From Candidatus Omnitrophota bacterium (GTDB taxonomy: Bacteria; Omnitrophota; Omnitrophia; Omnitrophales; Aquincolibacteriaceae), in contig CAIOAT010000003.1 of the NCBI GenBank assembly GCA_903856085.1, positions 173-64,172 of the forward strand: a stretch of DNA of 64,000 nt, given 5' to 3'. The position numbers and the translations under genes are program-made. Below are positions 1 through 9,338 of the stretch, one piece after another. Under the pieces are notes generated by a model that was given only the letters and a program-made list of their open reading frames with translations, was not told the DNA's origin and did no database searches. Numbering within the stretch: position 1 is the first letter of the stretch; every line of letters begins with the position of its first letter.

Positions 1-3000
1 TCATCGCTCTTACGACAGCCTTCGTATTCCTCTGGTCCATGTGTATCACTCCCGTGATGGCTGAGACCATCAACCTTCAGGGGGGCAGTGTTGAAGTGAA
101 TGTCCAGGACAACACGACGAACTGGAACGTGACGGGGAATCCGGTGTGGAATATGCCTGAGTTTAATGTCGCGCAGGGGAGTATTTTTAACATTGCCGGT
201 CTCGGGGCGGGTTCCAGCCTGGCGCTTCTTGTAAACGGCGGTTCGGCGTCCAATATTTTCGGGACCATGAATTTATCCAATATCGCTTTTATTCTCCAGA
301 ACATTGCAGGGATCAATATTGGCTCAAGCGCCATGATTAATCTCTCGAATGCTTCTCTTATTGCTTCCACGTTACCGCTCAACTTGAGCATGACGGATTT
401 TCTCAAAGAGAATTACCAGTTCAGCGGTCAGGGCGGGTTCCTATCGAACGAAGGCCATATTCTCGGCGGCAAAGGAGATCTTGTCGCACTGATCGCCAAC
501 GCCATTGAGAACAAGGGAACGATCGAAGTGCCGATGGGCACCGTGGCCCTGGCTGCCGGGAAGACCGTGACGGTTGGTATTTCAGGGGATGGTCTGGTGT
601 CGATCGGTGTGGACGAAGCGACCGCCAATGCTTTGGGTCTTAAAGACCAGATCAAGAACACGGGGACAATCCAGGCCAACGGCGGTCACGTGATCCTTAA
701 CGCCAAGGCCGTGGATGGTCTTTTTGAAAAGGCGATCAATATTGCAAAAGGAAGCAATTCAGTCGCCGCGGTCATCGCCGATGACGGGAAGATTGAATTC
801 GTAGCCCAAGGCGATGTCACGAACACCGGAACTCTTCAGGCGAAACGCGGGAAAATCGAGATGGATGTGAAAGGTGATATCGAAACGATGGGAAATCTCG
901 AAGCTGCTTACTTCCGAGAAAAAGCCGCAGCTTTCCGCATCGGCGGCGATTATCACGTCGATCAATCGTTTCATGACAACCTCGATAATGCTCTTACGTA
1001 TGTTGCGAACGCGAATGTTCATGGCACGATCAATGACATCGCCAATATCATTGTCAATGCCGAAGTCACGCTGACGTTGGATGCCGATACGACGTTCAAT
1101 GCGGACAGTGACGCCAACGGTACCGGAGCATTCCTGATGGACGCCACTGCGACAATCTTGGGCAGTGGTTACAATCTCACCTTCACGGCGAGTGAAACCT
1201 CCACATTCGGAAAGATCAGTAACATTGGAAATTTGACACTGAATGCTCAAAAGGATGTGGCAACGTATCAGGTCCGAAATGCAGTGCAGATGAATGGGGA
1301 CCTGACCGTGAATGTTGGTGCGACCTTCACCGGCGGCTATGATGTCACTGTGAATGGTGGCGATGTGACAGGCGACGGAACGATCGACTTGAGCGGCGGA
1401 ACATTTATTTTAACTGGGACCGGAAATTTCGGAGGAAAAACAAATTGGTCTTTTGCTGCGCTTAGATTTGGTGATGGCACTACCGAAGGAATTACCAAAA
1501 AAAACGGCCCCAATAAAGTAACAATTTTGGATGGACTAGATATCAAAGAAAAACATGAGCTTCAAGCAGGAACAAGCACCTGGGACCTTTCCTGGGGAGG
1601 TGGGTATTTGACGGATGTGATCCAAATCACTGCCGGGACTAACCATGCTCTGGCCTTGCTCGCATCAGGGATCGTCAAGGCCTGGGGCAACAACGAGGCG
1701 AGTCAGCTTGGAGATGGAACGACTCAAAATCGTTCGTCACCTATTACAGTGCCGGGGCTTTCCGGCGTCAAAAGCGTTGCAGCGGGAGGTAATTCATCTT
1801 TTGCCATTAAGGCGAGCGATGGAAGCGTTTGGGCGTGGGGTTTTGGCAACTGGGGACAACTCGGAGACGGAACAGGCGCAGATCATTCAAGCCCCGTTCA
1901 AATACCGGGTCTCTCAGGCGTTGCCAGCATCTCGGCAAATCTTTACCACACGCTTGCCCTCATGGCCGATGGCACCGTGAAATCTTGGGGATATAACGGA
2001 AACGGGCAACTCGGGGATGGAACAAACGCCTTTATCCGTTATTCGCCTGTCACGGTTGTGGGTTTATCCGGAGTCACTGCCATTGCAGCAGGCTTCTTCC
2101 ACTCACTTGCCCTTTTGTCTAACGGGACGGTTAAAGCCTGGGGGGATAACACGTATGGCCAGCTCGGAAATGGGACCAATACGAGCTCATCAAGTCCCGT
2201 AACTGTAGATGGAATTTCCACCGCCACCCAAATCGCTGCGGGAGAATACCACTCTCTTGCTCTTTTGTCAGGTGGCACTGTGCAAGCCTGGGGCGCCAAC
2301 AATACAGGACAGCTCGGAGATGGAACTAATACAAACAGAACAACGCCGGTGACCGTGCTTGACCTTTCTGGAGTCACCCAAATCGCGGCCGGTTCAAATT
2401 TTAATATTGCGCGTCTATCGGACGGCACTCTAAAAAGTTGGGGGAGTAACTTTGATGGGCAACTCGGAGATGGTACGACCACGGCACGATCAACACCTGT
2501 CACGGTACCTGGAATCTCAGGAGTGATCGGAATTGCCACGGCCTCTCGCGGGGGAGCCTTTTCACTGGCGCTTTTACCTAATGGGACAGTCAAAGGATGG
2601 GGTATGAATAATTGGGGTCAAATCGGAAATAACAGTCCCGTTAGTTTTGTCACTTCACCGAAGACCTCAGTATCGGGTTTGGGCGGAATCCATTTGACGG
2701 ACATCTCTCAGATTGTGGCGGGGGATGGCCATGCCTTGGCTCTCAAAACCGATGGTTCGCGGGTTTACGCTTGGGGAGACGGAGGGTCGGGTCAATTGGG
2801 CTATGGTCTGACAGATACCGCATTGACAGCTGTCGAAGTGATGAATCCGGACGGGACAGGTCCGTTGACTGGGGTTAAAAAAATTGCGGCGGGATTTTAT
2901 CATTCTCTGGCACTTATGTTCGATGGCACCGTTGTGAGTTGGGGACGAAATGATCGAGGCCAACTCGGAGACGGGACAACATCTAGCCGCCTTTTGCCGG

Positions 3001-4835
3001 TCGCTGTCCTCGGCCTTACGGGAGTTCTCGATATAGCCGCTGGCGCTTGGCATTCTCTCGCTCTAGTTGATGATGGAACAGGGCACAAAACGGGGACTGT
3101 CTCAGCTTGGGGGATTTTTGACGGTACATCACCGGTTATCATAGGGGGACTTTCCAGTGTCACAAGCATTGCGGCCAGTTACATGCACTCGCTGGCCCTT
3201 TTATCCGACGGCACAGTCAAAGCTTGGGGTTATAACACATACGGGGAACTTGGAGACGGAACTACGATCTCTCGGTGGAGCCCCGTGACCGTATCGGGGC
3301 TTTCCAATGTTAAAAGCATTGCGGCCGGCATGGATCATTCCATGGCTATTTTGAACGACGGTACCGTAAAAACTTGGGGACATAATAATTACGGTCAACT
3401 CGGTGACGGTACCACCACGGACCGGTTAACGCCCGTGACTGTCACGGATCTTTCCGGCCTTTCCGTTAAAAGCATTGTGGGTGGAGTTGAATATACCTTA
3501 GCCTGCTTGGAAGATGGCACCGTTAAAAGTTGGGGAGGCAATTGGTACGGTCAATTGGGTGACGGAACGACCGCTACCCAAACCAGACCGGTCACAGACT
3601 CAGCGCTTTCGGGTGTGACGGCTCTCGCGGCCGGAAATGGTTACTCCTTTGGGGTCTCTTCTTCCGATGATGTTAAGGCTTGGGGATTCAACTACTACGG
3701 GGCTCTTGGTATTAATCGAACCTCATTTCAGGAAGTTACCCCCCAGTATGTCGTCACGCTGACGCGAGCCCCTTTTATTAGCGAGGGCACTTTCACAGCG
3801 CAGGATTCCACGTTTACTTATTCAGGGGGCTATGCCTTTGGCCGTGTTGTTACCACGGTGGTGGCCAATGTGGAATACCATGACCTCGTTTTGAAGTACA
3901 CTCTGAATAATTACGTTCTTCCGCTCGTGGACAAAACGTTATTAAACAATCCGTCCGAATCAGATTTTGATCCCTTAGTGACGGGGAAATTGACGTTTTT
4001 GGGTGAACATCAATCGGTGTCTGATATTGATGTAGCGGCTGCGAGGCAGGCGCTTGCGGATAAAGATGCATCAGCCCGAGCGTTTGAGGCGATGATGCAG
4101 GCACACATGGGGGATAGATCTTTGGCGCTTGATTTCTTTTCGCAATTTTTCAGTCCGGATCGGGCGATGAATTTCACGACGGATGTCAGAGTCCAGGAAG
4201 GCGCGGTGTATACGCTGGACGGTTTGAGCGAGATGTCACTTTTGACGCAGGGGGAATCCTTGCGCGTAGCTTTCAAGGAAAAGAAATCGGAATTGACCCG
4301 GATGGAACCAAAAGAACTGGAGACGAAGCCCCTTCAGCCGGTTTCCAACCCTGTGATTGTTACGGGAGATAACCCGTTAGAGCCGAGGGATCTGTTGTCC
4401 GGACAGTCCAAGGCGGCCACGCCTGTAGTGATGCGAGATGATGAAACCGCCGGGCGTTACGGGACATTGAAGAATCCCGGAAAAGACGTGTTTGTAAAAT
4501 GTGCGGGAGGGGAATGGCAGGCCGCGAAGGACGGCATGGTAATTATGCCGGGCGATGTAGTGAAGACCGCCTCAGCTGGTTCCGTGGAAGTGATGCTGGA
4601 TGGCGGTAAGGTCGGGCACGTGGAGGTTAAGGCTGGGAGTTTATTCCGTATCAACAAAGCTGAGACGAATCCCGCGACGGGGGAGAAGACAACGCTTTTG
4701 GAATTAGCCGTCGGGAAATTGATCGCCCATGTCGAAAAACTTCAGGGCAATTCCAAGTTCGAGGTTCGCACTCCGACCGCACTCACCGGCGTCCGTGGCA
4801 CTGTTTTCGAAGTGGTGGTTAAAGAAAAAGCCTAA
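1..4835 (+). CDS. Large secreted protein, 5'-truncated by window edge: TPS/filamentous-haemagglutinin N-terminal domain + ~20 RCC1 (β-propeller) repeats + C-terminal FecR-like domain
   Basis: The frame is open from nt 3 (…IALTTAFVFLWSMCITPVMA|ETIN), which looks like the end of a signal peptide with an AXA cleavage site. The true start is therefore upstream of the window. N-terminal motifs match the FHA/TPS β-helix domain (W..FNV..G.IFNI…LVNGGSASNIFG…NIGSSAMINLSNASLIASTL). A long run of GxN..GQLGDGT…SPV repeats is classical RCC1. The C-terminus (…GDVVKT…GSLFRIN…FEVRTPTALTGVRGTVFEV) is FecR-like. Confidence 0.75.
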   Translation, partial: IALTTAFVFLWSMCITPVMAETINLQGGSVEVNVQDNTTNWNVTGNPVWNMPEFNVAQGSIFNIAGLGAGSSLALLVNGGSASNIFGTMNLSNIAFILQNIAGINIGSSAMINLSNASLIASTLPLNLSMTDFLKENYQFSGQGGFLSNEGHILGGKGDLVALIANAIENKGTIEVPMGTVALAAGKTVTVGISGDGLVSIGVDEATANALGLKDQIKNTGTIQANGGHVILNAKAVDGLFEKAINIAKGSNSVAAVIADDGKIEFVAQGDVTNTGTLQAKRGKIEMDVKGDIETMGNLEAAYFREKAAAFRIGGDYHVDQSFHDNLDNALTYVANANVHGTINDIANIIVNAEVTLTLDADTTFNADSDANGTGAFLMDATATILGSGYNLTFTASETSTFGKISNIGNLTLNAQKDVATYQVRNAVQMNGDLTVNVGATFTGGYDVTVNGGDVTGDGTIDLSGGTFILTGTGNFGGKTNWSFAALRFGDGTTEGITKKNGPNKVTILDGLDIKEKHELQAGTSTWDLSWGGGYLTDVIQITAGTNHALALLASGIVKAWGNNEASQLGDGTTQNRSSPITVPGLSGVKSVAAGGNSSFAIKASDGSVWAWGFGNWGQLGDGTGADHSSPVQIPGLSGVASISANLYHTLALMADGTVKSWGYNGNGQLGDGTNAFIRYSPVTVVGLSGVTAIAAGFFHSLALLSNGTVKAWGDNTYGQLGNGTNTSSSSPVTVDGISTATQIAAGEYHSLALLSGGTVQAWGANNTGQLGDGTNTNRTTPVTVLDLSGVTQIAAGSNFNIARLSDGTLKSWGSNFDGQLGDGTTTARSTPVTVPGISGVIGIATASRGGAFSLALLPNGTVKGWGMNNWGQIGNNSPVSFVTSPKTSVSGLGGIHLTDISQIVAGDGHALALKTDGSRVYAWGDGGSGQLGYGLTDTALTAVEVMNPDGTGPLTGVKKIAAGFYHSLALMFDGTVVSWGRNDRGQLGDGTTSSRLLPVAVLGLTGVLDIAAGAWHSLALVDDGTGHKTGTVSAWGIFDGTSPVIIGGLSSVTSIAASYMHSLALLSDGTVKAWGYNTYGELGDGTTISRWSPVTVSGLSNVKSIAAGMDHSMAILNDGTVKTWGHNNYGQLGDGTTTDRLTPVTVTDLSGLSVKSIVGGVEYTLACLEDGTVKSWGGNWYGQLGDGTTATQTRPVTDSALSGVTALAAGNGYSFGVSSSDDVKAWGFNYYGALGINRTSFQEVTPQYVVTLTRAPFISEGTFTAQDSTFTYSGGYAFGRVVTTVVANVEYHDLVLKYTLNNYVLPLVDKTLLNNPSESDFDPLVTGKLTFLGEHQSVSDIDVAAARQALADKDASARAFEAMMQAHMGDRSLALDFFSQFFSPDRAMNFTTDVRVQEGAVYTLDGLSEMSLLTQGESLRVAFKEKKSELTRMEPKELETKPLQPVSNPVIVTGDNPLEPRDLLSGQSKAATPVVMRDDETAGRYGTLKNPGKDVFVKCAGGEWQAAKDGMVIMPGDVVKTASAGSVEVMLDGGKVGHVEVKAGSLFRINKAETNPATGEKTTLLELAVGKLIAHVEKLQGNSKFEVRTPTALTGVRGTVFEVVVKEKA

Positions 4836-4988
4836 AACCGGGTAACGGGCAACGTTAGGCGCCAAAGCCTTTTTGTTGTTTTGCGTTTCCCGATTACCGT
4901 GTCAAAGTTCTTAAGTCCCCATGGTTTTCCACCGATATTAAGAGTACACGGCCCTTGTCTTGGATTCTAATTTTTAGATGGAAGGGCT

Positions 4989-5028
4989 GCCCCAATTTCA
5001 TTTTTAATGAAATTGATAGGAATTGGGA
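4989..5028. repeat. Hairpin repeat, H-type copy 3 (GCCCCAAT-stem-loop-stem-ATTGGGA)
   Basis: gccccaatttcatttttaatgaaattgataggaattggga. Same flanks as the copies at 16664 and 34123; the inner stem differs with compensatory changes. Confidence 0.5.
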
Positions 5029-5524
5029 TTGAAGTTGAAGCTGAGGTGTGCTTTTAACCTCGAGGGTCGGAAGCTATGGTAACTTTCCGGTCAATTCTTT
5101 CTCAGTGGATATTTACGGTAGCGATCTTTTGCGTCAGTTTTACTTCCTTGGGGGCTGCTTTTGCTCCTCTTAGTCCCTCTTTCTCAGGGTCTCTCGATTC
5201 GATGCGTTTGAGTTTTTCCATGGAGTTGAGGATCGTTTCGGGTCCAGGGGAGACCCAGTCTCCTTCTCGCCGCGACTCGGTTTTAAGTCGCTTGGAAGAA
5301 CGGATCCTGACTCATCGCGCAATCTCTGTTTCCGCTTAAGATTCGCTGGAATTTTCCTCAAAAAAAGTCATAATGACTGCCCAAGCCCACGTTTCTTTTT
5401 TTAGAGGGCGACTTGGGCTGTTCCACTGCTCATCAATCTCAGCAAAGTTGAAATTCGGTCAGTCCAAACTATGATTTGGAAAAGAAACAAAAAGTTCGGG
5501 CTGTCATAGTTACCCTTTTTCAAA

Positions 5525-6868
5525 ATGAAAGAGAATAATAACGCTATGTCTTATCGATTTGTTTGCAATCACTGCGGAAAAAAATTTGAACTCGAGAGCC
5601 CCGAGGCTAAGGAGTGTCCTTCCTGTTTTTGGAGTTCGTCCGTTAAAAGGGAGGACGAGTTAGCTTCTGAGAAAAAGGGCTTTTCCCGTTCTTCCAAAGA
5701 GGTCGCCTCAAAGCCAGGCCATAAAGTTTTTTTTGGGAATATAAAATATCTCTTCCGCGCATTGCTCTTCATCGTCCTTCTCGCTGCGGCCGGATTTTTA
5801 GCTTATAAAGCTTACAAGCTAGTCACCTCGTCTTCTCCTCAAAGTTGGAAAACCTTTTTGATCAAGCCGCAAAGGGATGACAAACAAGCCGAGGCTGTGG
5901 CGGCGGATCCTTCGGCGTTGCTTTCGCCGCAGGAAAAAGAGATGCTCTCCCGTGAAGTGACGATCCCAGTGGATCGCGCGCCCGATCCTGGCGAGCAAGA
6001 GATCCTTGGCCGGTCCATTCCTTTTCAAACGGGATGGACCGAAAAATTGCCTTCCGCGGTGTGGACGCTTGAACAATATCAAAAAATGATCGCGGATCAG
6101 GAATCCTTCTATAAAATGCCTTTCGCGAGGAGCTATAAGAAAAAACTCGAGGAATTATTTAAGAAAAAATATCTCGTGGCTGCGGACGCGTTCGTGAAAG
6201 GGGATGTGCTGGCGGCCCGGAATTTCTGGGTGGAATCCTTGGCGTTCCCGCTCTATTCCACGGACCTGAAAAAGCATCGTGCGGTCGCGCTTACCATGCT
6301 CCGGCCTTTCATCAATGACACCCTTTCAAAAGTGAGCGCTATGAACCAAAGCCTCCTGGACAGGGGGAAGAAGTCTAGGGAACAAGCTTTAAGCGTAGAA
6401 TATCAGAAACTCATCGGGCTGATCGCCCGAAAGCAATGGCAGGAGGCTTTGACGGTGATCGTTCAAATGATCTCGGAGACCGAGCTGCTGCGCAAGAACG
6501 CGATGCCTCAAGAAGCGCCGCCGCCTTATCCGGCTGCTTTCGGAACGATCGACTCAGATCTTCAGCGGCCGCTGATGGATTTGATGTCGCCGAGTCCTTC
6601 CTCAACGGCCGATCTTCAGCCTCTACAGCAGGACTTGGTCGAGAAGAAAGAAGTGATTGAGACTTTCACGGAGGCCTATTTGAAGAGTGCTAGGGAGGCT
6701 TATCAGTCGGCTCTGGAACTGATCCGTGATAAGAAGTGGCCGGAAGCGGCCCAGGCATTGGGATCCATTCAGGGACCGCAAGCGCTGCAGCAGGACGCGG
6801 CAGGGAAGATCGCCATTCTTGGAAAAATAACAGGGCGAACGCTTGATTCGTCCGGGAAAACCAGCTAA
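5525..6868 (+). CDS. Hypothetical membrane protein: N-terminal CxxC…CxxC zinc ribbon, one TM helix, ~350 aa helical (TPR-like) C-terminal domain
   Basis: Zinc-ribbon motif CNHCGKKFELESPEAKECPSCFW, then a hydrophobic segment LFRALLFIVLLAAAGFLAYKAY. Good coding periodicity. Architecture resembles zinc-finger anti-sigma or sensor proteins, but no homology is recognised. Confidence 0.6.
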   Translation: MKENNNAMSYRFVCNHCGKKFELESPEAKECPSCFWSSSVKREDELASEKKGFSRSSKEVASKPGHKVFFGNIKYLFRALLFIVLLAAAGFLAYKAYKLVTSSSPQSWKTFLIKPQRDDKQAEAVAADPSALLSPQEKEMLSREVTIPVDRAPDPGEQEILGRSIPFQTGWTEKLPSAVWTLEQYQKMIADQESFYKMPFARSYKKKLEELFKKKYLVAADAFVKGDVLAARNFWVESLAFPLYSTDLKKHRAVALTMLRPFINDTLSKVSAMNQSLLDRGKKSREQALSVEYQKLIGLIARKQWQEALTVIVQMISETELLRKNAMPQEAPPPYPAAFGTIDSDLQRPLMDLMSPSPSSTADLQPLQQDLVEKKEVIETFTEAYLKSAREAYQSALELIRDKKWPEAAQALGSIQGPQALQQDAAGKIAILGKITGRTLDSSGKTS

Positions 6869-6886
6869 GCTTCTGAAGAAGAGTGT

Positions 6887-7288
6887 ATGAGCCAGGTCGC
6901 GCTAGGTTTAGGGGCTATAAAAACGCGGCGAAGTGTTTTTGCTCTTGTGGTGGATATGGTTGCGGCAACTCAGATTGTTAAATGTGCGGCCGGACTTCAT
7001 ATCGGAGTAAGGAATTTTGATAGCGCGGAGAAACTGGTCGCGCAGGCCGCGATCGAGCGGCCGTTTCTCGTGATCCTCGACTTTGAAAAACGCGAGGCTG
7101 AGGCGTTTCGGGTGCTTAACGAATTGCATAAAAATGCCGATTTAAAGAATACCCCTGCGGTGGGATTTGTGACGCAGGCCAATGTGATGGTAAAACCGGA
7201 GGCCGAGAAGGCGGGTTGCTTCCGGGTCTATATGAAAACAGAGTTTGGCAGGGAACTGCCGGACCTGATCGCGAGGTATGCGGTATGA
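6887..7288 (+). CDS. Atypical single-domain CheY-like receiver protein
   Basis: REC-like pattern: ALVVDM, phosphoacceptor-position D in LVILDF, T in GFVT, K in YMKTEF. Its stop overlaps the next ORF in an ATGA. Confidence 0.5.
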   Translation: MSQVALGLGAIKTRRSVFALVVDMVAATQIVKCAAGLHIGVRNFDSAEKLVAQAAIERPFLVILDFEKREAEAFRVLNELHKNADLKNTPAVGFVTQANVMVKPEAEKAGCFRVYMKTEFGRELPDLIARYAV

Positions 7289-7584
7289 TCCTGCATGTGG
7301 GACATGATCTTCCTGTGAAAGAAGTGAGAACTCTGGACTGCGAGTCTCCGGGTTTCACATCGGAAGAGACGCGCATTATCAAGAGCCAGATCCGCAAGAA
7401 TATGGCGGTGATCGATCTTCACATCCGTCGGATCGATCTTTTTGTGAACCATGAACGTCACGCGTCACGCGCGGGCCTGATCGCGCAATTGCACGAACGT
7501 CTTCTTGTTTTGATGGAAGAGAACGATACTTTTCGAAAAGTCTTGTGGAAACAATACCAAAACCTGGGAGAGAATCTAACATGA
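7285..7584 (+). CDS. Hypothetical protein (99 aa), translationally coupled between the REC-like gene and glgC
   Basis: ATG at residue 24 of track ORF 7216..7584, overlapping the upstream stop (ATGA). Its own stop overlaps the glgC ATG. No recognisable domain. Confidence 0.4.
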   Translation: MILHVGHDLPVKEVRTLDCESPGFTSEETRIIKSQIRKNMAVIDLHIRRIDLFVNHERHASRAGLIAQLHERLLVLMEENDTFRKVLWKQYQNLGENLT

Positions 7585-8843
7585 GCCGACGCGTTACGAC
7601 CCTGATCCTTGGCGGTGGACAGGGGAAGAGACTCTTCCCGCTTACGAGTTATCGTTCCAAGCCCGCTGTTCCGATCGGCGGCAAATACCGTCTGGTCGAT
7701 ATTCCGATCTCCAATGCCATCAATTCGGCTCTCCGGCGTATCTTTGTTCTAACGCAGTTTAATTCGGCTTCGCTCCACCGCCATATCCACCGGACTTATC
7801 CGTATGAGGCGTTCACAAAAACGAGCGTGGAACTTCTCGCGGCCGAGCAGACGACTGAGAACACGGACTGGTTCCAGGGGACCGCCGACGCGGTCCGGAA
7901 ATGCATGCCGCATTATCGCGCGGACGCCACGGATGTTTTCCTGATTCTTTCCGGGGATCATCTTTACCGGATGAACTATCGTGAGATCTTGGGGTTCCAT
8001 GAGATGCAACGAGCAGATGTGACAGTTGCAACGGTTCCGGTCCCGGAGCGGCTCGTCAAGGGGTTCGGTGTCATGAAGCTCCAAAGAGATGGTCAGATCA
8101 CCGATTTTCTTGAAAAACCCACCAAGAATGATGATGTGGAATCCTACGCTATGCCCAAACCCCTTTGCGATCTTCATCGTGTGAAGGCCAAGGGCCCTAT
8201 GTATCTCGCATCGATGGGAATCTATGTTTTCAACCGCGATGTGCTTTTGGACGTGCTCTCCGGGAGCGAAAAAGATTTTGGTAGAGAGATTATCCCTAAG
8301 GCAATCAAGAACTACAAGGTCTTTGGCCACGTCTTCACGGGGTATTGGCGCGACATCGGGACGATCGGGAGTTTTTATGAGGCGAGTCTCGAACTCACGA
8401 ACGCGAACCCGCCGTTCAGTTTTCTTTCTCCGGAAGGGCGCATCTTTACCCGCCCCAGGTTCCTGCCGCCTTCCAAGATCCTCGGGACAGAACTGGATCA
8501 TGTCGTGATGTCCGAAGGTTGCATCTTGACGGGCGCTAAGATCCATCAATCGGTTGTGGGGCTGCGTTCGGTCGTAGGGTCAGGGACCGTGGTCCGCAAA
8601 AGTGTTCTGATGGGAAATGACTACTATGAGTGGCCGGACCCGTCTCAAGATTACCGGATCGGGGTTGGCAAGAACTGCGTGATCGAGAATTGCATTATCG
8701 ATAAAAATGTGTCGATCGGAGATGGCGTGAGCATCACGAACGCCAAAGCGATCGATGAGAAGGACGGCGATCATTATTACATCCGCGATGGGATCGTGAT
8801 CATTCCGAAGGGTGTTCACATTCCCTCTGGCACGAAGATCTAG
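7581..8843 (+). CDS. glgC: Glucose-1-phosphate adenylyltransferase
   Basis: MSRRVTTLILGGGQGKRLFPLTSYRSKPAVPIGGKYRLVDIPISNAINS… is the canonical GlgC N-terminus, with a C-terminal left-handed β-helix region. The track ORF starts at 7545; the internal ATG at 7581 fits GlgC family N-termini better. Confidence 0.9.
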   Translation: MSRRVTTLILGGGQGKRLFPLTSYRSKPAVPIGGKYRLVDIPISNAINSALRRIFVLTQFNSASLHRHIHRTYPYEAFTKTSVELLAAEQTTENTDWFQGTADAVRKCMPHYRADATDVFLILSGDHLYRMNYREILGFHEMQRADVTVATVPVPERLVKGFGVMKLQRDGQITDFLEKPTKNDDVESYAMPKPLCDLHRVKAKGPMYLASMGIYVFNRDVLLDVLSGSEKDFGREIIPKAIKNYKVFGHVFTGYWRDIGTIGSFYEASLELTNANPPFSFLSPEGRIFTRPRFLPPSKILGTELDHVVMSEGCILTGAKIHQSVVGLRSVVGSGTVVRKSVLMGNDYYEWPDPSQDYRIGVGKNCVIENCIIDKNVSIGDGVSITNAKAIDEKDGDHYYIRDGIVIIPKGVHIPSGTKI

Positions 8844-8985
8844 CCCGGCCTTTTTTGAAAAATGAGTAGGTCGGTTGGGACACTACGCCGAATGCTTGAA
8901 ATCAATTTAAACGCAGTGCTCGATTAAAAAAGGAAGTTGTTTGACCGAAGCGCATGCGAAAGCATGTTTTAACGCAGTGAAAATT

Positions 8986-9291
8986 ATGAGCACTAACCTA
9001 TTTAAAAAGCCGATAAGTTTTTATCTTTTTTGCCTCGTTTTTTTTCTCTCCCTTTTTCCCGTTGCATTCGCCCTGCAAAAGGTCGGGTCCGACGACCGCG
9101 GGCAAGAAGCTTCTGCGTCGCAGGCTCAAGCTACGATGGCCTCTCTTTTTGGACGTGGAGCGAAAATGCCGGTTATCCCGCAGATGCGCGGGACGATAGC
9201 GCTACCTTCTTTTGATAGTTCGAAAATGAAGGTCGATGAAGGGTCGTTGAATGCAGCTCAACGAAGGGAACATTCCTCGGGGAACGGGTAG
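8986..9291 (+). CDS. Hypothetical small secreted protein
   Basis: Signal-peptide-like N-terminus MSTNLFKKPISFYLFCLVFFLSLFPVAFA, then a low-complexity tail. Weak call. Confidence 0.3.
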   Translation: MSTNLFKKPISFYLFCLVFFLSLFPVAFALQKVGSDDRGQEASASQAQATMASLFGRGAKMPVIPQMRGTIALPSFDSSKMKVDEGSLNAAQRREHSSGNG

Positions 9292-9338
9292 CGGTAGGTT
9301 TTTTCGTTCTGCATTTCCCGGGATCTCGCTTCGGAAAA

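Noticed and set aside
5076-5361. ORFs 5076..5339 (+) and 5170..5361 (-) in the long intergenic region after the giant gene
   Set aside because: Low-complexity translations with no RBS, overlapping each other. The region instead holds repeat or hairpin elements and a probable leader for the 5525 gene.
8844-8940. Possible terminator hairpin after glgC (agcccggccttttttg)
   Set aside because: The stem is only about 4 bp (cccg/cggg-like) with a poor loop, which I judged too weak to call despite the T-run.
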